Source of the DNA: a candidate division FCPU426 bacterium
GTDB lineage: Bacteria > Oederibacteriota > Muellerivitia > Muellerivitales > Muellerivitaceae
Assembly: GCA_963771075.1 (NCBI GenBank)
Contig: CAVYSE010000025.1
Coordinates: 1-64,000 of the forward strand
Length of the DNA: 64,000 bases
Direction of reading: 5' to 3'
The notes under the pieces were generated by a model. It saw only the letters and a list, made by a program, of their open reading frames with translations. It was not told the DNA's origin and made no database searches. This document shows positions 19,501 through 30,013 of the stretch, piece after piece. Made by a program: the position numbers and the translations under genes. Each line of letters opens with the position of its first letter. Within the stretch, counting starts at the first letter, position 1.

Positions 19501-20827
19501 TGAGGAACAGGACTGCGGTCTGCTCGATCCCGTAGTCCGTGAAGGTCCAGGTGACGCCCGCTGGTTGGGACGAAGCTTCAACGTTCGTCGAGGTCCAGAG
19601 GCCCCCCCCCGTCGTGTAGATGGCGTTGTTGGAATTGAAGGGGTCGATTCGGATGCAATTCATGTACCAGGCCCCCCCGTCGTAGGTGGAGCAAAAGCGG
19701 GTCCAAGTCACGCCGTTGTTGTTGTAGTTGGCGAAGGGCCCTCCATCCCAGCTGTTTTGCACGCGTACAATGACATTCCAAGAATTCCCGCCATCGGTGG
19801 TTTGGAAACACTTGTCAGGCCCACCCCACCAATCCATGGTGGAGACCACCGCATGGTTCGCGTTCTCGGCGTCCACGCAAATCCCGCTGTAACCTCCGCT
19901 GCCGCTCACCGGGCCGCTGGCGGGCGTGACGTTCGTCCAAGCGAGGGTGGAGGTATTGAGCTTCCAGATCTGGCCCGTTCCGTAACTGTTGCTGTCATCA
20001 TAGCTCATCCAAAGGTTCCCGTCGGTTCCCAGGGAGCCCTGGACGGTGATCATCGTGGTCGGCCCGCCCGGAATCACGGACCAGTTGGTACCGCCATTGG
20101 TCGAGCGGTAAATGTTGCTGTTGCCTGAATTCACGGCTTCGACGCCCACATAGATGGTGGCCGAGGCAGTGCCAGAAGTGCCATGGGAATCGAACAGGAC
20201 CCAGGAGAGCCCGTAGCCGGAGTCGCCATTCACGGGGAAAGAAGTAACCTGACCCCAAGTGGCCGCCGAATTGGCGCTTTTCCACAAACCGTTATATCGA
20301 GTCCCGAAATAAAGGGTGGAAGTCAAGTTGGGGTCGACCGCGAGCCGTTCTCCCGCGTCATTGCCGGCGTTGTTAGCGCCGATGGAGACGGGAAGGGAAT
20401 ATTGGGTCCAAGTGCCGCCTTGGTTGGAGGATGCGAGGATGTAGCCGGTCGTTCCCGCGTAGGTCTGACCGATGGCTGCGTATACCACGTTGGCGTTGAC
20501 CGGATCGGGCGCGATGCTCTCGATACCATAGAGGTTCCAATCGCCCAACCAATCCGTCAATGGGACCCAAACACTGTTGGCATTATCCCAGCGATAAGCC
20601 CCGCCCATATCGGTGCGGGCGTAGATGAGACCCTGGGAGGCCCGACTATACGCGATGCCCGTGATGGTGCCCCCCGCGGGTACGGCGACGTTCTTCCAGT
20701 TGTAGGTTTGGGCGTCGGCTAAACCACCAAAGCCAAAAAGGAGGATTATTGCGAGTGCAAAGCCTCTGAAAACCCTTTCAGGAAACAGCCGGGAAAGAAA
20801 ATCGTTTTTAAGTGGAATCAACCGCAT
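16526..20827 (-). CDS. GH74 xyloglucanase-like enzyme with about 600-aa Thr/Ser/Pro stalk and T9SS-like CTD
   Basis: YNWKNV, YARTDMGGAYRWD, GERLAVDPN, FSALGDISG, GRVYVGTNGRGVVYGD (GH74); C-terminal IYPNP...ANGVYY...GKLLVLR. Confidence 0.9.
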   Translation of the reverse strand: MRLIPLKNDFLSRLFPERVFRGFALAIILLFGFGGLADAQTYNWKNVAVPAGGTITGIAYSRASQGLIYARTDMGGAYRWDNANSVWVPLTDWLGDWNLYGIESIAPDPVNANVVYAAIGQTYAGTTGYILASSNQGGTWTQYSLPVSIGANNAGNDAGERLAVDPNLTSTLYFGTRYNGLWKSANSAATWGQVTSFPVNGDSGYGLSWVLFDSHGTSGTASATIYVGVEAVNSGNSNIYRSTNGGTNWSVIPGGPTTMITVQGSLGTDGNLWMSYDDSNSYGTGQIWKLNTSTLAWTNVTPASGPVSGSGGYSGICVDAENANHAVVSTMDWWGGPDKCFQTTDGGNSWNVIVRVQNSWDGGPFANYNNNGVTWTRFCSTYDGGAWYMNCIRIDPFNSNNAIYTTGGGLWTSTNVEASSQPAGVTWTFTDYGIEQTAVLFLNASSMPGTFFSALGDISGMRYTDITKPAPNMYCNPSFGNTDGLDFAEKNVNDVVRVGASGAVTTDVAYSTNNGQSWTPWGSAPPGYTTDNEMGSVAIAADGSHVVVSPQSGYGSPAYASSLGGSWTTCGGLPSGALLASDRANASTIYATSGSNLYVSTNYGASFSSVNSFSGSGAPRAVFGLPGEVWVATGSGLYRFTNAGSTMATISNVTSSNSVGFGKAASGQSHPAVYLTGTYNGTYGFYRCDDGVGTTWVRVNDNNHQYGYGAWCEGDEAIYGRVYVGTNGRGVVYGDIAATTPTNTATATFTFTRTSTPTMTPTRTPTMTSSPTGTSSPIPTATSSVTPTATATPTFTASRTMTPTMTVTATLTPSRTMTATSTNTIANTTTTTPTVTSTATRTNTSTSTSTASASPTPTLSITPSRTMTATSTNTIPNTLTPTGTNSFTSTVTSTPTSTTTRTYTTTVTSTPISTSTASATSTGTASFTSTGTRTFTPSNTASFTSTPSLSLTPTGTSTSTSTGTRTSTPAFTLSSTPTGTPTLTGTPSQTPVFSPTASHSPTVTLTPSSTSTVPATFTPTSTATLPSTSTASFTPTSTATSTFTTTKTHTSTPVYTLSSTNTGTATSTGTPTQTPVFSPTASLSPTWTGSWTMTSTPVFTETRTFTATSSATGTATLSLTPTFSGTPTQTPVFSPTMTLSPTSTKTTTWTMTITPTSTGTWTLTPTASATQTGSPTRTPLFSPTPSNSPTATLSPTSTGTATWSMTATPTFTYSWTFTQTESMTPSATASKTPTVSMTPTGTASLTASASPTPTMSFTGTPTATGTSTLTAVFSPTPTASSTASFTPSSTPTPSSTLTWTFTPTSTWTLLPSHTFTATPTVTATITATEAFSYTFTPVPTMPAGVVGIYPNPVTGPIVQVMPPAYAGLENIRLEVFSLAFRKVLDHTYPNWPNGQPIPLTLTANSGNTLANGVYYVVLTLEGKRYIGKLLVLR

Positions 20828-20931
20828 AGTGCCTCAGTGGTGTCAGCCTGGAAGACCGGAGTTCAAAGAAAAGATACCCCAGGGGGGGAGGCGGTTGATT
20901 TATAATAAACAAACTATTTATTTATATTTAT

Positions 20932-21132
20932 TTAAATCCGTTGGGGCGGCCCTTGTCCCGAAAGGCTCCGGGAGGCTGGCCGGTGGCCCGTTTGAAGGCC
21001 TGGACAAAATAACTGGCCGAGTTGAACCCGCTTTCCTGGGCCACCCGCTCGACCGACAGGGGGCTGGCCCGCAACAGCCGCTTGGCTTCCTCCAGCCGCA
21101 GGCCCTGGAGGTATTTCGAAAAACCCTGCCCG
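20932..21132 (-). pseudogene. Orphan 3' end of the AraC regulator gene
   Basis: 20979-21132 matches 28063-28216 (154 bp, 3 mismatches by my count); reads GQGFSKYLQGLRLEEAKRLL...FKRATGQPPGAFRDKGRPNGFK*. Confidence 0.9.
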
Positions 21133-24100
21133 TCCGCAGAGGAAGCCGGTGAGCATCCGCCTACTTCGTGGAAAACAGCGGCTTGTTTGCCACTCAGTGA
21201 ATGACGACCACCTTCCCCATCCTGGTTTCCCTTTGGTCACCGTCATCCACTTGAAGCACGTAAATGTAGAGGCCACTGGCCACTTTTTCCACATTCTGGT
21301 TCTCAGGCTTCCAGGGAATGCTGTTCAACCCCACATTGCCGGTCTCGTTGGTTTGATATATCAGTTCGCCCGTTATTGCATAAATGGAGAGCCGGACTTG
21401 GGCCGATTTCCCAAGCGTTACTAGGAAATTCACCGGTTCCCCGTCCCTGGAAACATTCGGCGCCACAACCATGGACAACCACTTGGCTTCAACATTTGCG
21501 AACATGGGTGTAATCGTTGGCGTTGGCCCCGTTCCCTCACCCGGCTGGGATTCCCGCGCAAGCTTGGCCCCGCTTGGCGTGCAAGTGGGCAGGGGTCTGC
21601 AGGTGGGCGGGACCCCGCCCGCAACCGTCACCAGGTTGCCTTTCAGGTAAATCGCGAAATGCACATCCGCTGAATAGTTGGAACCCACGCAGGGACTGTA
21701 CCAATAGCCCGTCCCAGGCGAGAAGTTCCCGTAATCCGTCCGGTGAACCGCAGTTTGGATGCCCACCCAGCTGACCCCTCCATTCAAGACCGTGGAATCA
21801 GTGTTGGAAACCGTGATCTCCCAATTGGCCTGGTGGTTCGGGTCGGGCCCGCAAGCCGGGGCGAAGGATACAGCCCCTATGGAAACAGCCGTTACTTGGT
21901 GGAAACAACTGGGATTAAACAGGCAGCCTCCATAGTTGACGGCGCCTGTCAGACCGACCCCCGAGATATCGTATGACCAAAATTTAAACGTGATATCCGA
22001 CAGGGTCACCGGGGCCCCCCGGTTGACCACCTCGAAAACATCCATCATTTGGTTGTCGGCGCAGGCGCTTGTGTTTTCCAGCAATTGCAGGTTGGCCTGG
22101 CAGGTGCCGCAGGCCGCTTCGGAGGTGGCCGTCGGCGTAATCGTGAAGGTCCAAGTGACTGTGGGTGTCCAGGTCTTCGTCGGACTTGGCGTAATCGTCC
22201 AAGTCTTCGTGAAGGTCAGGGTCGCCGTCGGGGTGGGCGTGAACGTCGGCGAATTCGTGGGCGTTACCGTCGGGGTCGAGGTTGGGCTATTCGTGGCCGT
22301 GTTGGTTGGAAGCGGCGTTAACGGGGTCAAAACCGGCTTTGGGACGATCGGAGTGGACGGGAGAGACGTGCAATTGGACCCGTTCAACCCGAATTTTTCA
22401 ACCCGGTTGTTTCCCGCGTCGGACGCGTAAAGGTTTCCACAACCGTCGAAGGCAAGCCCGCGGGACCTCGAGAATTGCCCGTTGCCGGTCCCAGGAGCCC
22501 CGATTTGGGCGATGTAGGCCCCGTTCGGGTTGAATTGCTGGATGGTATTAAGCACCTGGTCGGAAACGTAAATATCCCCGTCCTGCCCCACCGCCGCCGA
22601 GTTGGGGAACATGAATTGACCCGGATTGGCGCCCTGGCTGCCCCATTGGGTCAAATAAATCCCGGAGGAAGTGAATTTCTGAACCCGTTGATTGCCCGAA
22701 TCAACCACGTATAAGTTGTTATTCGCGTCTTCCGTTATCCCCACGGGATTGTTGAACTCCCCGTTCCCAGAACCGGCCCCGCCCCATTGGTTGACGTATG
22801 TGACGAAACCGGAATTCCCCGGGGAATAGGTGAACTGCTGGACCCGGTTGTTGCCGCTATCCACCACGTAGACATTATTGGATTTATCCACGACAACCCC
22901 GTTGGGGCCCGCGAACTGCCCGTTGCCCGTTCCGACTGAACCGAAAGCGAATTGGAACGCGCCATTCTGCCCCAAGACCTGCACCCGGTTGTTCGCCGTA
23001 TCGGCCACATAAAGTTTGCTTTGACCGCCGGCATAAGCCAGATAGGTGGGGCCGTTGAACTGCCCGTTCCCGGAGCCATATCCTCCCCAATTGGCGAGCC
23101 AATTTCCGTACAAATCCCATTCCCCGATCCGGTTGTTCCCCGAATCGGCCACGAAAAGAACGTTGTTATCGACGGCCAAACCGACCGGGTTATTGAAGCC
23201 GCCATTCCCGCTGCCTACCGCGCCGAAATTCAAAACCCAGGAATAGGATCCGGGAATGGGATTGGAAGGGACCGGGACGGTGCAGGTGGAATTGCACACC
23301 CGAAATACTTGGACCCGGTCGAGGATATTATCCACCTGGTAAAGGTTGCCGCAACCGTCAAAAGCGACCCCATCGGAATACACCGATTGGCCTTCCCCCT
23401 TCCCGGCGGGACCGCTCCCACCGACGGCGCCAAGCGCGTTGCCATTTGTATCTGAAATTGAAATTCCACTGCTCAAACTCACAATACCACTCTGGTTCGT
23501 GTCCTCATAAAAACTGGTATAAACATTTCCATCCAAACCCACGGCAACGGCATCCACGTAAATGGGAACCCCTGACCCCAAGCGGGCAGGGTCCCAGCTC
23601 TCGTTAGAAAAAGACCCCAAGGGATACCAAGATGAAACATAGGTTGGAGGCGTTGTCGTCAGGTTGAACTTTTGGATACGGGGGTAGGCAGAAAAAATCA
23701 CCGGATTGTTGGTACCAGTTTCAGTACCAACCGCCGGCAGGTAATCCACCACATAGGCATAGGTGCCGCTTGTATCCACCGCTAAGGTTTCGGGATGCGG
23801 GTAGTCCGGGTTCGAGAACTGGCCTGTCCCGGTACCGGACGTTCCCCATGCCGTAAGGTACTGCACATAAGTGGGCGAAATGCCTGTGTATTGGTACTTG
23901 ACCACCCGGCCGTTGCCCAGATCATAAACGTAGATATTCGCGAACCGGTCGACCGTAATCCCTACAGGATTGGAAAAAACACGGCCACTCGTCGATCCAT
24001 TGAACGAAAAAAGCTGGGCGCCATTATTCACGCCGGACCCGATGCTGTAGGCGTTCACCCCATTGGCATTTGCCACATAGACGATGTTATGGGTATCCAC

Positions 24101-25459
24101 CGCGATTGCGTTGGGATTATATCCCGACGGAAACGCGTAGGAGGCGAAGAAACTGCCGTCCAATCCCAGTACTTCAATCCGGTTGTTGCCCGCGTCCAAT
24201 ACATAGGCGTAAGACCCTGAAACGGCGATCGCGCTCGGGCCGGAAAATTGCCCATTGCCTGATCCCGCGGGGCAAGCTTGTCCCGCATTGTAATAAGTGG
24301 AACTACAACCCCAAATGGTGGAAAAGCTGTAGCAGGGGGTGGGCCTGGGGGAAATGGATGCGCTGAGCAAATCATTGATGATGTTAGGTTTTGGGCTTCC
24401 CCACCCCGTGGCCAAATCGTAACCTTGCACCGCCGGATAACCGTTCGTGCCGTTGACAGTAGAGCTGTTCCCGACGATGCCGTTGTTGCCATAGATTATG
24501 TCATTAAAATCATTTGTATATTGGGCGCTTTCCCCGATCGCGTAAAGGCTTGGATTGGCGAAACCCAATGGCTCCACCGGCGGTACTTGTTGCTGCCCTT
24601 GTTGGTTGACAAGCGATGTCAAGGCGGCCCAAAGGGGGGCGGCGGCACTCGTACCGCTATCGATCTCTAGCCCCCCGTTAAAAACCACGAACAGGTTATC
24701 AGCCACCATGGAGACATCCGGCAAATTCCGGGACGCACTCGAGCCCAGGTTTTTGGTCAGGTTCATATTGTTGTCGAAATTAAGGTTGTACCCCTGCGAT
24801 TGATAAGGGGGGGGATTGGCGGTGACGACCCCGCCGCTGCTGACGGATTTCGGGGTGGGCGAATTGTTCCATGTGACTTCACTGCTCCAGCTTCCTCCGG
24901 CCGCTATTGTGTTAAGAATCGTTCCCCCCACCACCGTAATGTTTGATTCTTCCTCGTCCATTCCCACGCTGGCGTCAAAGGGCCATTGATTCGCCCCGGA
25001 CCCGACATTGCCGTAATATCCAAAATCGCCCGACGCCAGGTAAAAAGACTGGCCTTGGAGGGCGAACTCCTCAAATATCTCGTCTGAAATAGGGTCTGTC
25101 CCGACAGTCCAAGAGGAACTCAACTGGTTCGATAGGGGTACGCCCGACGGCGGAAACGCCATGGCTGCCCACACGTCATCCACGGGCGAACCGATAACCA
25201 AAATCGGATTGCCGTTTCCATCGATGCCTACCTGCTCCAAGTAACCCTCATATACGATGATACCCCAAGGTTTTCCTTCGTAAGTTTGTTGAAGACCCGG
25301 CGCCATGGCGATGGCCATTTCAATATCTAGGGTCGTTTCGCCAGCCGGTGCCTCGAATTGGGGGGTGCCATTGAAACCGTCAAGGGCCACGAATGAAAGA
25401 GGGACGTTGGGAGCCGGCACGCCGTTGTAGGTGTTGATGTCGGATTCATATTGTTGGAT

Positions 25460-26873
25460 CACTCTTGTCCTAAATAAAGGACTAAAAAAAGACACCTCCG
25501 ACTGAAGTAGAATTGGGTTAGTCGACAAGCCCAAAGCGACGGTTACCAGCCGTCGCTACTTCAAACATCCGGAGGCGTATTTCGATGGTACCACCAACCA
25601 GTCTTTTTGCCCAAGTGTTGAAAATTGTGGATCGCACGGCTTTTGAACGAATTGTGCGGGAGTTTGAAGCCGAAAAACACGCCAAGGGGTTCAGTTGCTG
25701 GAATCAGTTTGTTTCCATGCTTTTCTGCCAGATGGGAGCCGCCCATTCCTTGAGGGAAATCTGTGGTGGCCTCCACACGGCCCTTGGGAAATTGACCCAT
25801 TTGGGTCTTTGCGAAGCACCCACTAAATCCACCTTGGCTTACGCTAACGCCAACCGTCCTTGGCAGGTTCAGCAAAGTCTTTTCTACCATCTGCTATCGA
25901 AGTGTCAGCTACAGGCGGCCATCTCGAAGAGGAAATTCAAGTTCAAGAATCCCCTCTACAGCCTGGACTCCAGCACCATTGATCTTTGTTTGTCAGTCTT
26001 CGACTGGGCAAAGTTCCGTAGGACCAAAGGGGCCATCAAACTCCATCTCTTGCTGGATCATCAGGGATACTTGCCCTGCTGGGGACTCGTAACGGAGGGA
26101 GGCGTGCATGACGTGAAAGTGGCTCAAAAGCTGGATTTTCCGGTGGATTCAATCGTAGTGATGGATCGGGGATATGTGGATTTCTTTCTTCTGGCCCGAT
26201 GGACGTTCCAAGGCGTGTGGTGGGTGACCCGTGCCAAGATCAACATGGCCTACGAGGTGGTGAAGAACCTGCCGGTTCCGAAAACGGGCAACGTCCTGAA
26301 GGACCAAGTGATACGGTTAACAACGTTTCGGTCACAGGAAGCCTACCCGAAAGAGATGCGACGAGTGGTGGTATGGGACGAAGACCAGAAGCGGGAACTC
26401 GTATTCCTTACCAACCACATGGGTTTTGCTGCCTCGACGGTGGCGGCCATCTACAAGGAACGTTGGCAGATCGAGTTGTTCTTCAAGGCTCTCAAGCAGA
26501 ACTTACGGGTGAAGACTTTCGTAGGGACCACTGAGAATGCTGTTCAGACGCAGATTTGGACAGCATTGATTGCCATGCTGCTGTTGAAATTCCTTCAACT
26601 GAAGAGCCATATCGCCTGGAGCCTGTCCCACTTGGCGGCCATGCTGCGGATGAATCTATTGACCTACCGCGATTTGTGGGCTTGGTTGGATGCACCATTC
26701 CTGGTGGCGAGATTGGAACCGGCGGAAAAACAGAATGGAATTAATACCCTCGTGATTTGGACAGCATCCGGACGAAAGGGGGGGGCTTATCCCTGGAAAT
26801 TCACAAACCTGTCCAAAATCGCTTGTTTTTCTTGGGGGGCAGCGGTCAGATTGAGTTGTTTAGGATAGCAGTG
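25460..26873 (+). mobile_element. IS4-family insertion sequence
   Basis: 9-bp TSD ttgttggat at 25451-25459 and 26874-26882; TIRs cactcttgtcctaaata / cactgctatcctaaaca. Confidence 0.92.
25585..26868 (+). CDS. IS4-family transposase (DUF4372-type N-terminus, DDE domain)
   Basis: LDSSTI, KLHL, VMDRGY and YKERWQIELFFK (YREK) motifs. Confidence 0.92.
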   Translation: MVPPTSLFAQVLKIVDRTAFERIVREFEAEKHAKGFSCWNQFVSMLFCQMGAAHSLREICGGLHTALGKLTHLGLCEAPTKSTLAYANANRPWQVQQSLFYHLLSKCQLQAAISKRKFKFKNPLYSLDSSTIDLCLSVFDWAKFRRTKGAIKLHLLLDHQGYLPCWGLVTEGGVHDVKVAQKLDFPVDSIVVMDRGYVDFFLLARWTFQGVWWVTRAKINMAYEVVKNLPVPKTGNVLKDQVIRLTTFRSQEAYPKEMRRVVVWDEDQKRELVFLTNHMGFAASTVAAIYKERWQIELFFKALKQNLRVKTFVGTTENAVQTQIWTALIAMLLLKFLQLKSHIAWSLSHLAAMLRMNLLTYRDLWAWLDAPFLVARLEPAEKQNGINTLVIWTASGRKGGAYPWKFTNLSKIACFSWGAAVRLSCLG

Positions 26874-28017
26874 TTGTTGGATATCAGAATTGAAATAGCC
26901 ATCCAACTCAAAAAGCCCGAGGGATTGCCCGTTCCCGGTCAAGCCGTTGGGTATGCCGTAGGCATTCCTTAAATCGGTTCCGATAAAAGCGTAGTAATTG
27001 TTCCCTTTCCCATCGATCAAGTGAACCGATCCAGGCCCTCCCGCAGAGGAGGTGAAACCTGATTCGCCAAGCACCCGATTCGGCTGTGCCGTGTTTCCCT
27101 TCCGGGATTTAAGGGCGAGCGATTGCATCGTCTTGCGAAGGTAATTCGGATGGGGTAAGACGTAATTGTCCAACCCGGCCACGTAAAGCAACGGGATGTC
27201 CAAATCCACGGAAGGTTCATCCTCGGGTGCGCGGAACTCACTGCCGTCCGGTCGCTGGAAGCGCCTCAGGTGGACATGAAAGGCCTTTTGGATATCGCCC
27301 GCGGAACCAGTCACCCCCAGCACGACGCGGTTGTCATGGCTTCCGGTGATGCTTAACCCGTTCGCCGTCGCAAAATCGATAACGGCCTGGTAATCCCCCT
27401 GGGTCGGACCGAATTGTTCGGTGAATTCCTCGGGCGTGAGGAACTTCCTGTATTGGGCGCTCCTGGGATCGTAAATTTCCTTAAGAAGATTCGACAATTC
27501 CTCCTGGTTCCGGAGGGGTAAGCCGATCGACAGCCTCAGTTGTTGGGTGACGGGAACGTCCCCTATCAGGGGAGCGGACGCAAACGCTTTGCGTACATGA
27601 CCGCGAAGCTGCTGCCGTCCCGCCGCCCCGGCACTCATGCCAGGCCACAAGAGCAAGAGCGCCAAGGATAAGGAACTAAATATTTTAAATGGAAATTTGG
27701 TGGTCCGCTGTCGGCGTAAAAGAGGGTGAAAAGGAGATCTTTTCGGATGAGTGTGGTCACAAAACCGACTCAGACTTGAACAAAAGCGCTTTCTCATATT
27801 GGCCTCCCTCTCAAAACCAGCTGTGACTTATAGGATTAACTATTTATGAAGAGACACCGACGGTCAACGTTACCCAACTCCTCCACGATCCCTAAACGGT
27901 ATCAGTCGGAGATACAGGAAATCTGCGTAAGGATATTCTAAAGCGAAAGCGACAAAGTTATACCCGAAGGAATGAAAGCGATATTTATATAAAATAAAAT
28001 TTAAATTTATATTAATG

Positions 28018-29874
28018 TTACGGGTCGATTTGATCCATTTTCCGGTAGCTTCCTGGGGAATAGCCGGTTGCCCGCTTGAAGGCCTGGACAAAATAACTGG
28101 CCGAGTTGAACCCGCTTTCCTGGGCCACCCGCTCGACCGACAGGGGGCTGGCCCGCAACAGCCGCTTGGCTTCCTCCAGCCGCAGGCACTGGAGGTATTT
28201 CGAAAAACCCTGCCCGGCCGCGCGCCGGAAACCCTTGAGAAAAGCGGGTTGGGAGAGGCACGCCTTTTGAGCCAGGTCCTTGAGCCTCATGGGTTGGGTG
28301 AAATGGCCGTCCACATACCGTTTGACCCCCTCCATATTCGCCAGGCGCTTCCCCTCGGCGGGTCGGTCACCGGTTTTCCCGATCCGTTCCAACCCCTCCT
28401 GGAAAGCCGACAGGGTGTCTTGCAGGGTGGAAGCCTGGAGAAGTCGTTCCTCCATCAAGCTGGCTAAGTCATCAGCCTGGGCCGGGTCGAGGGCGCCCTC
28501 GCGGAGGGAGTCGGTCAGCATGAAACTGGCCTCCAAAAGATGGGCCCGGACGCTCTCGTGGCGCTCCTGGGAGTAAAGGAGCGCCTGGCGCACAAACTCA
28601 GCCCGGGCCGCCTCGCGGTCCTTTAGCGATCCGCTACGGTAGGCCTTCTTCATCCAGGTGAGCGCCGGACGAAGGCCTTGGCCCCACCCCTGACGGATCT
28701 TTTCGGCGTCGTCCTCAAAAAAGACCGAGGCACGGCCGGTCGATGCGGCGAGGTTCATGGCCTGCACGGCTTGCAGGCGCGATTCCACCAGTTTCACCCC
28801 GGGCGCGAGGGTGGACCCGATTCCCGCCACGAGCTTCAACCCGGTCCGCTTTTCCAGGCGCGAGCGGATGGCCTCCACGCGGTCCCGGATCTCCAGCTTG
28901 GCCTGGACCTTCCCCTTCGAGGGCGAGGCCGAGGTGACGAACAGGGCGCCATAATCCTCCAACCGCCCGGCCACCGTCTCGGGGAATTCGCGGGCCACCC
29001 GAAGCGCTTCCCACTGAAGCCGGGTGGCGCCGACCATGGACCCCAAGGTGGACCACCGTTCCTGGGCCGGGGCCGGTTGGGATACGGCCAAAACGGTCGT
29101 GGGGTAGCGCGAAATCCCCAGTTCTTCCCTTTCCCACCAATTGGGATCTCCGCCCACCGTCACCCTCGGGTGGAACTGGTTCAAGCCGAGCATGAAATCC
29201 ATCCAGACGGCATGGGGCAAACCGTGGGAGACGCACCCCTTTCGCAGGACCTCCAGCCTTTCCGCCATGCGCGAGTCCGCCCTGCCGCAAAGGTAATCCG
29301 CGAGCATCTCCATCACTTCCTTGAACCCCTCCAGGACGGGCGGGGACAACACGACCGTATCGAGCGCCATGCGGGCATAACCCATGAAGTCCGGGTCCGG
29401 CGTTTCAGCCCGGCGATCGGACAGGTCGGCCCATTGCCGGCCGAATTCGCTTTCCGTAAAAGGCTTCCGCACGAAAGACCCGGAAGCGAGAAAACCGAGA
29501 AAATTCCTTTCGTGTACCACCGGGGTGAATAGGTCGCAAAAGCCCCGGTGCTTGGCGACAAAGGTTTTCTTTTCTTTGCGTAACCGTTCAAAGTTCAGCT
29601 CGTTGAAACGGAAGCGGTCCCGGTTCTTACCGAACAAGGATTCGTAGTGGGTAGGGTTGTGGAGAACGTTACGGCTGAAGAAAAGCGGCTGCCAATTGGT
29701 GGGATTCTTGGCCGATACGTAGAAACAGTTCAAATTCAGGTAGGTAGAGAAGAGGTTGTGGATACGCACATAGATCGTGAGACGCTGGCCTTGATCGGCC
29801 CCGACGGGGGCTGTCAGGCCCTGGGGAATTCGTCGAGAGGGGCTCATGGGCTTGATTATACTTTTGAAAACCAC
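28018..29874 (-). CDS. AraC-family regulator with a long N-terminal sensor/GGDEF-like region
   Basis: C-terminal AraC HTH (LKDLA...F...F...G.GF..YL...RLEEAKRLL...VAQESGFNSASYF...FKR.TG.SP..YR); 618 aa. Confidence 0.88.
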   Translation of the reverse strand: MVFKSIIKPMSPSRRIPQGLTAPVGADQGQRLTIYVRIHNLFSTYLNLNCFYVSAKNPTNWQPLFFSRNVLHNPTHYESLFGKNRDRFRFNELNFERLRKEKKTFVAKHRGFCDLFTPVVHERNFLGFLASGSFVRKPFTESEFGRQWADLSDRRAETPDPDFMGYARMALDTVVLSPPVLEGFKEVMEMLADYLCGRADSRMAERLEVLRKGCVSHGLPHAVWMDFMLGLNQFHPRVTVGGDPNWWEREELGISRYPTTVLAVSQPAPAQERWSTLGSMVGATRLQWEALRVAREFPETVAGRLEDYGALFVTSASPSKGKVQAKLEIRDRVEAIRSRLEKRTGLKLVAGIGSTLAPGVKLVESRLQAVQAMNLAASTGRASVFFEDDAEKIRQGWGQGLRPALTWMKKAYRSGSLKDREAARAEFVRQALLYSQERHESVRAHLLEASFMLTDSLREGALDPAQADDLASLMEERLLQASTLQDTLSAFQEGLERIGKTGDRPAEGKRLANMEGVKRYVDGHFTQPMRLKDLAQKACLSQPAFLKGFRRAAGQGFSKYLQCLRLEEAKRLLRASPLSVERVAQESGFNSASYFVQAFKRATGYSPGSYRKMDQIDP

Positions 29875-30013
29875 TTAGAGGATAGGTCGACTCTATTTCT
29901 AACGCCGCCCGGAACTCCCAGTTTTCCGTGTGGACCTTAACCACGGAGAAAATACCCCCTTTGAAAAAAATAAATGGTTAATCCGACCTTCGGTAAAGAA
30001 GAACAAGAAAGGT

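Larger units (their letters stand above)
21194..27797 (-). pseudogene. S53 (sedolisin/kumamolisin-type) protease with prodomain, NHL repeats, Thr linker, CBM3-like domain and CTD; interrupted by IS4
   Basis: Prodomain LPLRN..L...YDP.S.QYRKFLTPEEF; catalytic ETTLDIE, ASGD, PDVS, SGTSAAAPLWAA, GYDLATGWGSP; excising the IS restores FNSDIQQ|YESDINTY in frame. Confidence 0.88.
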
